This document shows, in pieces, positions 1 to 10,452 of a stretch of 64,000 nt of DNA (position 1 is its first letter; every line of letters starts with the position of its first letter). Source of the DNA: an uncultured Kofleriaceae bacterium (GTDB taxonomy: Bacteria; Myxococcota_A; Polyangia; GCA-2747355; CAZCFB01); contig CAZCFB010000013.1 in assembly GCA_964497805.1 (NCBI GenBank), positions 4,029 to 68,028 on the forward strand, written 5' to 3'. A program made the translations under genes and the position numbers. The notes under the pieces are model-generated. The model saw only the letters and a program-made list of their open reading frames with translations, did no database searches and had not been told where the DNA came from.

Positions 1-1065
1 CTGGTCCAGCATCACCCGCCCCTCCTCCACCGCGATGAGCAGGTACTTGTAATGCTCGATGGGGCGCTTGAGCAGGTCGGAGAAGTCCACCACGCCCCGG
101 TTGGCGCGCACCAGGTGACCGTCCAGCTCGAACAGGTTGATGTTCTGCAGGGCCGTGGGCAACGCGCTCAGGCTACGGTCAGCGGTGACCTGGCGGGTTT
201 GGGCGTCGGCGGCCAGCTGCGGCTCCACCCGGCTCGTGGCCTGGCGGTAGCGGCGGGAGGCGTAGAACCGCTCTACCTGCACATGGCGCAGCAGGCGCAT
301 GAAGTCCCCCTCGTAGGATCCGAGCAGGGCCTCATAGATGAGCTTGCACTTGGGGCACAGGTCCCCGTCGGCGAGGTACACGGAGGGGGCCAGATCGTCG
401 CACTTGCCATCCTCACATTGGCCCCGCAACTTCTCCAGCAGGTCGCCGCGCACCTCCTTGGGCACCAGCAGCAGCGGGTGGTCGCCCATCTCGCACGGCA
501 GGCGGGCGTCCACCTGGCTCTCCTCCAGGTGGGCGAAGCTGTCCAGGTACGCGGGGCTCTCACCCGTGCCGCCAGGTCCGCCGGCGAACCCGATGCCGCC
601 TCGGCTCACCTTCTCGGTGGGGAAGATCCAGTTGAAGCGGTAGGTCGCGCCCTCGGGCAGGGCGGAGTAGCTCTCCATGCCCCGGGCCACCATCTCGGTG
701 ATGGTGGACTTGGCGCTGCCGTTGGGGCCGGTGAGCAGCAGGATCCGATCAACCCGGCCCTGGCGCACGAAGTTGCGCAGGCTGCGGTGGATGGCGACCT
801 GCACCTCCTCCTGTCCGGCCACCCGCCCCTGGCCGTCAGCCCAGGGCGCGTCGAAGAGCTGTGACCGCCGGGCAGTGCGCCCCGGGGAGGGCGAATCGTC
901 CCAGCCGAAGTGCTCGAACATGTCCGCCAGGTACTGGGCCGCTCCTCGGAGCTGGGCCCGTGGGTTCTCACCCGCCAGCTCCAGGTACTCCCCGAATGTG
1001 AGCACCCGCTTGCTCCCGCGGAACTGGTCCTTGACGGTCTTGCCGATGGCGTTCAGTAGCTCCAT
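1..1065 (-). CDS. prkA: PrkA-family serine protein kinase, N-terminal AAA-type ATPase part; C-terminus cut by the window edge
   Basis: It is absent from the ORF track because the frame runs off position 1 without a stop. Manual minus-strand translation from the ATG (reverse complement of 1063-1065) gives MELLNAIGKTVKDQFRGSKRVLTFGEY... It contains a Walker A motif, ILLLTGPNGSAKSTITEMV, and CEMGDHPLLLVPKEV. Both are characteristic of the PrkA/YeaG family. Confidence 0.6.
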   Translation of the reverse strand, partial: MELLNAIGKTVKDQFRGSKRVLTFGEYLELAGENPRAQLRGAAQYLADMFEHFGWDDSPSPGRTARRSQLFDAPWADGQGRVAGQEEVQVAIHRSLRNFVRQGRVDRILLLTGPNGSAKSTITEMVARGMESYSALPEGATYRFNWIFPTEKVSRGGIGFAGGPGGTGESPAYLDSFAHLEESQVDARLPCEMGDHPLLLVPKEVRGDLLEKLRGQCEDGKCDDLAPSVYLADGDLCPKCKLIYEALLGSYEGDFMRLLRHVQVERFYASRRYRQATSRVEPQLAADAQTRQVTADRSLSALPTALQNINLFELDGHLVRANRGVVDFSDLLKRPIEHYKYLLIAVEEGRVMLDQ

Positions 1066-1101
1066 GGCGCTGTCTCCCTGGTGGCCGTCCCCCGGCCGCC
1101 C

Positions 1102-1539
1102 TCACTCCTGGACCGAGACGGTCCAGCTAACCTGCTTGTTCTTGACCTCACACACCGCGTCGGTGCAGACGCTGAAGCTCAGCTTGCCCGAGAACTTGTG
1201 CTCCCCGCCCCTGCCCATGGCCGCGGCAGGCGCCATGATCAGCTCCTGCTCGGTGAGGGTCTGGGCGTCGCCGCGGTTGATCACCTGCCTCATGGGAGCG
1301 GCGCCCATGGGGCCCTGGACCTGCAGCTTGGCTGGGTACTCCAGGTTCATCTTGTACTCCCCCTGGGGCTCCACCCTTATCTTGGCGCTCATGGGCTCCC
1401 CCACCCTGCCAGCTGGCGGAGGGGTCACGGTCACGGCGTAAGAGTCGTCCGCTGCGTCCTCGCCGCCGCCTCTCTTGCAGCCGCCTGCGACGGCGACGGC
1501 GAGGGCGAGGGCGACGGTGCATAGCTGCTTCAGATTCAC
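1102..1539 (-). CDS. small lipoprotein, unknown function
   Basis: Track ORF 1102-1590. The likely start is the GTG at 1537-1539, preceded by a Shine-Dalgarno-like AAGAGAGG. The signal peptide VNLKQLCTVALALAVAVAGGC ends in a lipobox. Confidence 0.5.
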   Translation of the reverse strand: MNLKQLCTVALALAVAVAGGCKRGGGEDAADDSYAVTVTPPPAGRVGEPMSAKIRVEPQGEYKMNLEYPAKLQVQGPMGAAPMRQVINRGDAQTLTEQELIMAPAAAMGRGGEHKFSGKLSFSVCTDAVCEVKNKQVSWTVSVQE

Positions 1540-1634
1540 AGTTGCTTGCCTCTCTTTATCAACATGCAACCTAGCATAAAACGGCCCCACCGGGACCGAC
1601 GGTCCCGGCGTGCCCGTAGCGGCCTTCGGCCGCC

Positions 1635-3137
<1,503 letters not shown>

Positions 3138-3161
3138 GAATTATCTGGTACTCTATATTTC

Positions 3162-3530
3162 GTGCTCAAACGAACCCTACTTATCCTGGTCGCTTCCTTC
3201 TTCCTCTTCTCATGCCCTGGTGAGCTGTCGGATCCTCCCGGCAACACCGGCAAGCTGGATCTGGGTGGTCAACCCCCCAAGAAGGATACGGGCGGCAAGC
3301 CGCCCAAAAAGGACCTCGGCGGGCAGCCTCCCAAGAAGGACCAGAACTGGCAGCCACCCAAGAAGGACAAGGGCGGGTGGCCACCGGCGCCGGACCAGTG
3401 GCAGCCCCCCAAGGACAAGGGCTACAAGCCCTCCCCCTTCGGCTGCCAGGTGGACGCAGAGTGCTTCGGCCTCAAGTGCTGCGCCACCCCGTGGGGCGTC
3501 AAGCTCTGCGCCGAGGACTGCAGCTGGTAG
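3162..3530 (+). CDS. small secreted/lipo-protein with tandem GGQPPKKD repeats and a C-terminal 6-Cys knot
   Basis: N-terminal signal MLKRTLLILVASFFLFSC. Four to five copies of (G)G(Q/K)PPKKD encoded with differing codons. C-terminal CQVDAECFGLKCCATPWGVKLCAEDC. AT-rich promoter-like DNA lies directly upstream (3140-3160). Confidence 0.55.
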   Translation: MLKRTLLILVASFFLFSCPGELSDPPGNTGKLDLGGQPPKKDTGGKPPKKDLGGQPPKKDQNWQPPKKDKGGWPPAPDQWQPPKDKGYKPSPFGCQVDAECFGLKCCATPWGVKLCAEDCSW

Positions 3531-3533
3531 CTG

Positions 3534-5105
3534 CTAGCAGCCAGTAACCACCTTCACATCGTCGATATAGACACCCTCGGTGTCATTTGCCCAGTTGTCC
3601 TTGCTGTCGAAGGTGAAGATGATGTTGACGGTCTTGCCTGCCTGGGAGGAGAGGCCTACCTCAACCTGGACCCACCGCTTGTAGTCGCCCACCGGGAGGG
3701 TAGTGTTGCTCTTGGTCCAGAGCACCTTGGTCCCCGCCGAAACAGTGAGCACGTCCACCTTGCTGGTGGTTTCTGTGTCCATGTAGAGCCAGAAACTGAT
3801 GGCCGCCTTTTTGCCCGCGGGGAAGGTGAAGGCCTTCATGGCGGTTCCGGTCGTGGTGGCGCCGGTGTCGTAGTTGCCCGCGGTCTTGCTGCCGTAATAG
3901 AGGCTCCCCTTGCCGCTCCTGGAACGGGTGGTTGACTGCTGCCAGCCCACGCCCTTGACCGCCGCCGACACCTTGAAGCTCGACAGCCCGGTGTCGAAGG
4001 TGCTCGCCTTCACAGTGGCCGCCGTGGGCGCGCTCCAGGCCAACCCGTCCTTGGCCGGGGTACATACGCCGCACGCGCTGGTGCTCTTGGCGCCGCTCAT
4101 GTAGCAGGACCCGCCGATGAAGCACCGGTTGGCGTCCGCGGTCCACGAGGTCTGGCTCTTGGACGGCACGCAGGACGCGCAGCCCGCCTTGTGCTTGTCC
4201 CCCTTGTCGTAGCAGATCCCGCCGATGAGGCACTTGTCCGGTGTCGCGGACCACCCCTTGGCGTTCTTCTTCGGGTCGCACACGCCGCAGCCGCTGGCGT
4301 CCTTGGTGTTCTTCGGGAAGCAGTAGTAGCCGATCTTGCAGATGTCCGGGGTTGGGGTCCAGGCGAACAGGCTCTTGTTGGGATCGCAGTAGCCGCAGCC
4401 GTTCTTGTCGTAAGTGGCGGTCTTGTAGCAGACCTTGTTGATCAGGCAGTAGTTGCTCTTCATCGGGTTCTTGCAGCCGCCCTTGCCGTCGCACACGTCG
4501 TCGGTGCAGCCCAGGCCGTCAGCGCACTTGTTGCCGTAATAGGTGCCTGCGCAGACGCCGTCCTTGCACACGTCGTTGACCGTGCAGAGGGTCTGATCAT
4601 CGCACTTCTTCTGCAGGTAATTGGGCGTTGAGCTCCACTGGGTCTGACTGGTCTTCGGGTCGCACGACTTGCATGGATCCTTGGGGTGCACCGACTCCTT
4701 CATGCCCGGCTTGACGCACTTTCGGACGCTGTCCCCGCCCTTTGGATCGGGCACCATCAGGGCACACCAGCCCGCCGTAATCGTGTTGTTGTCGCACATG
4801 CCGAGGCCGGTGCAGCGGTCCGTGGTGCAGTCCAGCTTGTCGCTGCAGTCCTGATACCGCTCGGGGTAACAGATGCCGTCCTTGCCGCAGATCGGATTGA
4901 TGGCGCAGGCGTTGTGGGGGCTGCACGTCTTTCCCGGGTTTTTGCACGGCCACAACTTGGCGTCGCCTTTGACGAAGCCGTCATGCGCCGGGTTGATGCC
5001 CGCGTCATGGCCTGCCTGGTTGTCGTCACCGTCGTCGGAACAGGAAAGGCTCGTGAGGATCAAGGCGAGGCACAGGATAAAGGTAGTTAAGCTCTTGCAC
5101 TGCAT
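3534..5105 (-). CDS. Cys-rich repeat lipoprotein with a C-terminal beta-sandwich domain
   Basis: Signal plus lipobox LTSLSCSDD. Many CxxC...W repeat units (e.g. CGYCDPNKSLFAWTP, CGVCDPKKNAKGWSATP, CASCVPSKSQTSWT). A C-terminal ~150 aa domain free of Cys. Codon usage is slightly lower in GC than its neighbours. Confidence 0.65.
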   Translation of the reverse strand: MQCKSLTTFILCLALILTSLSCSDDGDDNQAGHDAGINPAHDGFVKGDAKLWPCKNPGKTCSPHNACAINPICGKDGICYPERYQDCSDKLDCTTDRCTGLGMCDNNTITAGWCALMVPDPKGGDSVRKCVKPGMKESVHPKDPCKSCDPKTSQTQWSSTPNYLQKKCDDQTLCTVNDVCKDGVCAGTYYGNKCADGLGCTDDVCDGKGGCKNPMKSNYCLINKVCYKTATYDKNGCGYCDPNKSLFAWTPTPDICKIGYYCFPKNTKDASGCGVCDPKKNAKGWSATPDKCLIGGICYDKGDKHKAGCASCVPSKSQTSWTADANRCFIGGSCYMSGAKSTSACGVCTPAKDGLAWSAPTAATVKASTFDTGLSSFKVSAAVKGVGWQQSTTRSRSGKGSLYYGSKTAGNYDTGATTTGTAMKAFTFPAGKKAAISFWLYMDTETTSKVDVLTVSAGTKVLWTKSNTTLPVGDYKRWVQVEVGLSSQAGKTVNIIFTFDSKDNWANDTEGVYIDDVKVVTGC

Positions 5106-5171
5106 AGGTTCACTCCTTCAAAAAGGAGATTATCGCTCCATCCTGCCCGTGGCAACCGCGAGCCAGCGGAG

Positions 5172-5206
5172 TATAAAGAGAGAGGGTCTGACCCTCTCTC
5201 TTTATA
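5172..5206. promoter_or_regulatory. 35-bp near-perfect palindrome (17-nt arms, 1-nt centre) in a divergent intergenic region
   Basis: TATAAAGAGAGAGGGTC-t-GACCCTCTCTCTTTATA read directly. It lies between the divergent starts of the 3534-5105 (-) gene and the MBL gene (+). Confidence 0.5.
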
Positions 5207-5369
5207 CCGATCCAGGATGGTGCATCGGTCCAGGATTGTGCCCTGTTTCGGCACGGTCGCGCCTGGTCGCATCGCATAACCTGCTGGAATCAGGGCGGAC
5301 GGCCCCTGGCACCTGCCTTGCACATTCAAAAGGCAGACAGGGTTGAAGAACCTGCAAAGGAGGCCGACC

Positions 5370-6218
5370 ATGCACAACACACTACGCTTTTGGGGTGTCA
5401 GGGGGAGCATCGCCTCACCGGGCCCACACACCGCGGGAGCCGGCGGGAACACCGCCTGCGTCGAGGTGAGGCTGGGGGGAGAGCACATCATTATTGACGC
5501 CGGGACTGGCATCCGGCAGCTGGGGCTATGTAGGCAGGGAGAGGCGATGGACGCCTGGCTGCTGCTGGGCCACCTGCACTGGGATCACATCCAGGGCTTC
5601 CCCTTCCTGGGCGCGCTTTTCGATCCGAACACGCGGCTAAGGATAATCGGCCCCCAGGGGGTTCGTCTGGCCCTGGCCGCGCAGATGTCCGGGCCGTCCT
5701 TCCCGATCTCCCTGGACCAGGTCCCCGCGCGGCTGGAGTTCACCGAGGTGTCCCCCGGGCGCCGCATGCAGCTGGGGGAGGTGTCTCTCTCCACGGCCGC
5801 CCTGAACCACCCGGGGGGCGGGGTGGCCTACCGCCTGGAGCATGATCTGCGCTCCCTTGTCTACGCCTGCGACACCGAGCACCCGGAGAGGGGCCACGAT
5901 CCGGCGCTGGCGGAGCTGTCAGGAGGGGCAGGCATCTTGATCCATGACGCCCAGTACCTGCCTGATGAATATCCGGCCAGGCAGGGGTGGGGGCACAGTA
6001 CGTTCGAGGCCGCCGCCGCCCTGGCCCACGCCGCCCGGGTGCCGCGCCTGCTGTTGACCCACCACGATCCCACGCGGGACGACCTGGCCCTGGCCCGGCT
6101 GGAACGAGACGCCCGGACTCTGCACCCCGGAGTCCGCGCTGCCCGTGAGGGGGACATCCTGGAGCTGGAAGAGTGGACGGGGGACGAGATGGATGATCTT
6201 CAGGAGATGAACCGATGA
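5370..6218 (+). CDS. MBL-fold metallo-hydrolase
   Basis: N-terminus LRFWGVRGSIASPGP...GGNTACVEV plus HLHWDHIQG metal-binding motifs. The start was chosen at MHNTL inside track ORF 5343-6218. Confidence 0.7.
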   Translation: MHNTLRFWGVRGSIASPGPHTAGAGGNTACVEVRLGGEHIIIDAGTGIRQLGLCRQGEAMDAWLLLGHLHWDHIQGFPFLGALFDPNTRLRIIGPQGVRLALAAQMSGPSFPISLDQVPARLEFTEVSPGRRMQLGEVSLSTAALNHPGGGVAYRLEHDLRSLVYACDTEHPERGHDPALAELSGGAGILIHDAQYLPDEYPARQGWGHSTFEAAAALAHAARVPRLLLTHHDPTRDDLALARLERDARTLHPGVRAAREGDILELEEWTGDEMDDLQEMNR

Positions 6219-6240
6219 CTTCGAGATCGCAGGTGGGCAG

Positions 6241-6263
6241 TTGACAGTCGACAGTCGACAGTT
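6241..6263. repeat. tandem heptamer repeat TTGACAG-TCGACAG-TCGACAG-TT upstream of the sigma-54 activator gene
   Basis: Read directly from the sequence. It contains two GTCGAC palindromes. Confidence 0.4.
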
Positions 6264-6283
6264 CCGAACCAGGAACGTAACAT

Positions 6284-7753
6284 TTGTCGCCCATGCCCAA
6301 GCGTGAACCCCCAGGCGTCCTGCACTCGGTGGCGGACATGATCAACCGGCCCGTGACCAGGGAACAGCTGCTCACGGTCCTTGTGGACTCCATGGTGCAG
6401 GCGGCCGGGGCCGAGCGGGGGACCATCTACCTGGTAGACGGCCTCACCGGCGAGCTTTGCAGTCGGGCGGCCCACCTGCCGGAGATGGAAGAGATCCGGC
6501 TGCCTCCGGGCCAGGGCGTGGCGGGCCATGTGGCGGACAGCGGAGGGTCGGTGCTGATCCAGGACGTGGAGGAGGACCACCACTTCTTCCCGGGCATCGA
6601 CGAGCAGACTGGTTTCACCACGCGCAGCATGGTGGCGGCGCCGGTGCTGGATGATGATGGCGCGGTTCGGGGCGTGCTCCAGGTGCTCAACCGCCGGGAG
6701 GGCAGGTTCGGCCCTGGCGACCTGCGCCTGTTGGAGGAGATGGCCGCCCAGGTCAACGAGGCCCTGGGCCGCACCTCAATGCGCCCCTGCGGCGACCGGC
6801 AGCACGGCGTGCTGGTGGACGGCCCGTTCAACAACATCGTGGGCGAATCTCCGCTCATGGCCGAGCTTTACCGCCGCATCCAGGCCGCGGCCCGCGCAGA
6901 CGTCACGGTGCTCATCCGGGGGGAGACAGGCACCGGCAAGAGCCTCGTGGCCAGAGCCGTACACGACAACAGCGCCCGCGCCGCAGGGCCGCTGGTCCAT
7001 GTGGACTGCACCGCCCTGCCCTCAGGCCTCATAGAGAGCGAACTGTTCGGCCACGAGCGTGGTGCCTTCACTGGAGCCGAGCGCCGGGTGCGCGGCAAGT
7101 TCGAGATGGCCAACGGCGGCACGCTGCTGCTGGATGAGCTGGGCGACCTGCCCCTGGCCCTGCAGGGAAAGCTGCTCAGGTTCCTGCAGGATCGGGCCTT
7201 CGAGCGCCTGGGCGGGCGAGAAACCCTCAAGGCCGATGTGCGGGTCCTGGCTGCGACCAACGCGGATCTGGACGCCCTGGTCAAGGAGGGGAAGTTCCGC
7301 AGAGACCTTTACTACCGGGTCCGGGTGGTGGAGTTGGTGGTCCCCCCGCTGGCAAGCCGCGGCGCGGTGGACATCCAGCGCCTGGCCGAGCACTTCCTGG
7401 ATCTTTACGCCCGGCGACATCGGCGACGGATCCGCGGCATCACGGAGGAGGCCATGGCTCGGCTGCAGGCCCACTCCTGGCCGGGCAACGTGCGTGAGCT
7501 GGAGCACTGCATGGAGAGCGCAGTGGTGCTCTGCCCGGGGGATCTCATCGACGCCGGCCACCTGCCCTTGCCAGCCGGGGATCCTGATCCCGGGGCGCCT
7601 GGATCCGGCTACCCCCCCGGCACGCCGCTGCGCAGCGTGGAACTGGATCATATCCGCAGGACCGTGGACGCTTGCGGTGGAAACCGCTCAGAAGCGGCCC
7701 GTCAGCTCGGGATCGGGCGCAACACCTTGCAGCGAAAGCTAAAAGTGGATTAA
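6284..7753 (+). CDS. sigma-54-dependent transcriptional activator with an N-terminal GAF sensor domain and a C-terminal Fis-type HTH
   Basis: GAF-like N-terminus. AAA+ core [19 protein letters not shown], the GAFTGA motif (ERGAFTGA), and C-terminal [20 protein letters not shown]. Confidence 0.85.
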   Translation: MSPMPKREPPGVLHSVADMINRPVTREQLLTVLVDSMVQAAGAERGTIYLVDGLTGELCSRAAHLPEMEEIRLPPGQGVAGHVADSGGSVLIQDVEEDHHFFPGIDEQTGFTTRSMVAAPVLDDDGAVRGVLQVLNRREGRFGPGDLRLLEEMAAQVNEALGRTSMRPCGDRQHGVLVDGPFNNIVGESPLMAELYRRIQAAARADVTVLIRGETGTGKSLVARAVHDNSARAAGPLVHVDCTALPSGLIESELFGHERGAFTGAERRVRGKFEMANGGTLLLDELGDLPLALQGKLLRFLQDRAFERLGGRETLKADVRVLAATNADLDALVKEGKFRRDLYYRVRVVELVVPPLASRGAVDIQRLAEHFLDLYARRHRRRIRGITEEAMARLQAHSWPGNVRELEHCMESAVVLCPGDLIDAGHLPLPAGDPDPGAPGSGYPPGTPLRSVELDHIRRTVDACGGNRSEAARQLGIGRNTLQRKLKVD

Positions 7754-7845
7754 TTCTGCGCCTGGATCCGCCTCACAGCTTGTCCCATCTCCCATGATGT
7801 CGTACACTTCTGTCCGGAGCGGAATTTTAACGCCAGGAGAGATCT

Positions 7846-10200
7846 ATGCGCCTAAAGAACTATTGGCTTGTGATGGTTGTCGGCCTCTTTTTTGCCGCCG
7901 GTTGTACCGACCTTGACGGAGACTTTGACAACAACGGCAGCGACGGTGGAGGGAGCGTAAGCCCTGACCTGTTTGCCACCGTGGACGGCGGGGATGCGTG
8001 CACCGATCCGAGCGGAGACTACGACGGAGACGGCATCACCAACGCCCAGGAGGGCTGCCTCAACGGCCGGGACTCCGACCAGGATAAGATCCCTGACTGG
8101 CAGGACTTCGACTCTGACGGCGACAAGATCCCGGACAGCCTTGAGAAGGGCGTCAAGGACAAGAACGGCAAGTGCGTGGGCTCCAAGAACGGCAAGTACC
8201 CGTGCGACACCGACGGCGACGGCGTGCCCGACTACCTGGACAAGGACTCTGACGGCGACGGCATGCAGGACGGAGAGGAGGACGCCAACTACGACGGCCT
8301 GCTCGGCTGCTGCCTCAAGACCTGCAACGCTCCGGACGTCAAGTGGCAGAAATCCAACTGCAAGCTGACCACGGACGGCTGCGGCAGCGGGCAGAAGTGC
8401 GTCAACAAGTCCTGCACCCCCTCAGCGGCGTTCAAGTGCTCCGAGGGCGAAACCGCGCCTCTCAAGAAGGATACCTTCGGCGACGGCAAGCTGGATAACG
8501 AGCGCGGCACCTTCATCTGCCGCGACGCCACCGAGGACAAACCTCAGGGCCGCAAGCCCGTGCAGCTGCGCCAGGACACCAAGGGCGACTACCACATCGC
8601 CATCGAGAAGTTCGCCAAGTACGGCGCGGTGACCGTGGCCGGCGCCACCACCACCAACAAGCTGGCGGCCGGCTCCATCAACTACGACAAGACCTCCGAC
8701 GAGGTGGCCGGCTTCGTGATCTCCAAGGCCACCACCAACACCAGCGTCAGCGACGACCTCACCGCCCTCATCGCCCTGCTCAACAGCTCGGGCGTAGGCA
8801 CCATGACCGTGCGCGCCTCCGGTACCGTTAACAAGAGCCACGACAAGTACGACCAGGCTGAGGGGACCCTGGTTGACATCGCTGCCAGCTCAACCACCGA
8901 CGTGAGCTCGGCGCGTAACGCCATCATGGCCGCCCTGCTGGGCAAGAGCCTCAGCGATCTGACCAACGTCTCGTCTCCCTTCGGCTCCAGCCACAGCACC
9001 CTGCAGCTCCGCTTCACCACCGTGCGCCGCTTCGCCTTCAAGAAGGACAGCGCTGGCAAGCTGGTCCTGGACAGCAAGGGCAACCCCACCGACGATAACG
9101 ACAGCACCAAGTGGCGCACCATCGTCATGGGCGCCGTGGCCTCCAAGACCAACTACCAGAACCCGAAGCTGCAGACCGGCTTCCTGGTGGACGACCTCTC
9201 CAACGGGACCGCCCTGGCAATCGCCAAGGACACGGTGAGCAACGAGTGCGACGTCGGCACCATCACCCAGCTGCCCGTGGCGGACATCATCTGGGTCATC
9301 GACGAGTCTGGCTCCATGAGCGACGAGCGCCAGGACGTGGTGAACAACGCGAACAACTTCTTCTCCCGCGCCCTGGCCTCCGGCCTGGACTTCCGCATGG
9401 GTGTCACCAACGTGTGCACCCCCAACGGCTCCTACAAGAAGTGCCTGGGCAAGTTCTGCTCCAAGATCAGCTCCAACACCTCGGACGACGGCGGCACGGA
9501 CCGCTTCCTGCTGCCCACCGAGCAGAACATCTTCTCCTCCTGCATCAAGAACCCGCCCTGCTACGAGGGCGGCAGCGAGTACAGCCTGGTCAACGCCAGG
9601 GACGCTGTGAAGCGGCACCTGCCGCGGGCCTCCAACGATCCGCTCAAGATCCGCACCCAGGCCACCCTGGTCATCATCGTGGCCACGGATGAGATCGCCA
9701 ACAGCCTCTCCGGCGTGGGCTTCTCCTCCTCTGGTTGCCCCCTCAGCGCGGCCATCCAGACCAAGCTGGACACGGCCCTGCAGTCGTACCTGAACCTGTT
9801 CACGGGCGTCACCGACCCCGAGGGCGTGTCCATGTACCACATCATCGGCAACGTGTGCGGCGGGACGTCCACCTACGGCATCAACCACGGCCACATGACC
9901 CTGGCCAAGAAGCTGGGCGGCCAGTCGGCCTCCATCAAGCAGAAGAACCTGGGCAACACGCTGCAGGTCATCATCGACGCCATCGTCGGTAAGGCATCCC
10001 CGGTTGTGCTGGATTACGTGCCGATCTCCTCATCCCTGGCCGTGGCCATGGACGCGGTGGAGATCAAGCGCAGCCGCACCAACGGCTTCGACTACCGCAC
10101 CAACGCCAACTCCCTGGTCTTCATCAACGTGAAGTACAAGAAGGGCTCCGAGGTCATCGCCAGCTACAAGCGCTGGAAGCGTCAGGAAGATATTAAATAG
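7846..10200 (+). CDS. large lipoprotein, paralog A: thrombospondin type-3-like Ca-binding repeats, Cys-rich module, VWA domain
   Basis: Signal plus lipobox LFFAAGC. Repeated DxDxDGxxD motifs (DYDGDGITN, DFDSDGDKIPD, CDTDGDGVPDYLDKDSDGDGMQDGEED). Cys-rich CCLKTCNAPDVKWQKSNCK. VWA MIDAS motif VIDESGSMSDE. Confidence 0.8.
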   Translation: MRLKNYWLVMVVGLFFAAGCTDLDGDFDNNGSDGGGSVSPDLFATVDGGDACTDPSGDYDGDGITNAQEGCLNGRDSDQDKIPDWQDFDSDGDKIPDSLEKGVKDKNGKCVGSKNGKYPCDTDGDGVPDYLDKDSDGDGMQDGEEDANYDGLLGCCLKTCNAPDVKWQKSNCKLTTDGCGSGQKCVNKSCTPSAAFKCSEGETAPLKKDTFGDGKLDNERGTFICRDATEDKPQGRKPVQLRQDTKGDYHIAIEKFAKYGAVTVAGATTTNKLAAGSINYDKTSDEVAGFVISKATTNTSVSDDLTALIALLNSSGVGTMTVRASGTVNKSHDKYDQAEGTLVDIAASSTTDVSSARNAIMAALLGKSLSDLTNVSSPFGSSHSTLQLRFTTVRRFAFKKDSAGKLVLDSKGNPTDDNDSTKWRTIVMGAVASKTNYQNPKLQTGFLVDDLSNGTALAIAKDTVSNECDVGTITQLPVADIIWVIDESGSMSDERQDVVNNANNFFSRALASGLDFRMGVTNVCTPNGSYKKCLGKFCSKISSNTSDDGGTDRFLLPTEQNIFSSCIKNPPCYEGGSEYSLVNARDAVKRHLPRASNDPLKIRTQATLVIIVATDEIANSLSGVGFSSSGCPLSAAIQTKLDTALQSYLNLFTGVTDPEGVSMYHIIGNVCGGTSTYGINHGHMTLAKKLGGQSASIKQKNLGNTLQVIIDAIVGKASPVVLDYVPISSSLAVAMDAVEIKRSRTNGFDYRTNANSLVFINVKYKKGSEVIASYKRWKRQEDIK

Positions 10201-10224
10201 AAGGACCGGGCCCACGGCCCGTCC

Positions 10225-10315
10225 CTTCTATTTGCGGGCCTTGGCCCGCTCCGTTCATCGCCTGGCTTCGCTAGGCTAGGGCCCGCCAGCGCTTCCGCGT
10301 GGCGGGCGGAAAAAC
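10225..10315 (+). repeat. conserved multi-hairpin 3' element, copy 1: terminator-like hairpin plus three further GC-rich hairpins
   Basis: GCGGGCC-tt-GGCCCGC, GCCTGGC-ttc-GCTAGGC and GCCCGCCA-n11-TGGCGGGC read directly. About 85% identical to copy 2 at 12836-12925. Confidence 0.5.
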
Positions 10316-10452
10316 CGCTCTCCCTCCACCATTAAAATCCTTTGCCTGACCAAGGCTATTGATCTTTTTGCAGCCAGGTCATGAAATAAGAGCGTATAGA
10401 GGCTGTGGAATTTGTATATTCACGCCCTCGTTTATCTATCTGGAGGATCCTG

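Noticed and set aside
52-864. 270-aa plus-strand ORF at the window start.
   Set aside because: It overlaps the minus-strand PrkA reading frame, which has a Walker A motif and family-specific blocks. The plus-strand translation is low-complexity.
7754-7845. Expected sigma-54 (-24/-12) promoter upstream of the VWA paralogs, given the adjacent enhancer-binding protein.
   Set aside because: No GG-N10-GC with TGGCAC/TTGC context is found in 7754-7845 or 10320-10452. Only weak partial matches exist.
8890-9894. Long minus-strand ORFs (334 aa here, 456 aa at 11500-12870) antisense to the VWA paralogs.
   Set aside because: Low-complexity Ala/Gly/Val-rich translations. Both are mirror images of the well-supported plus-strand genes.
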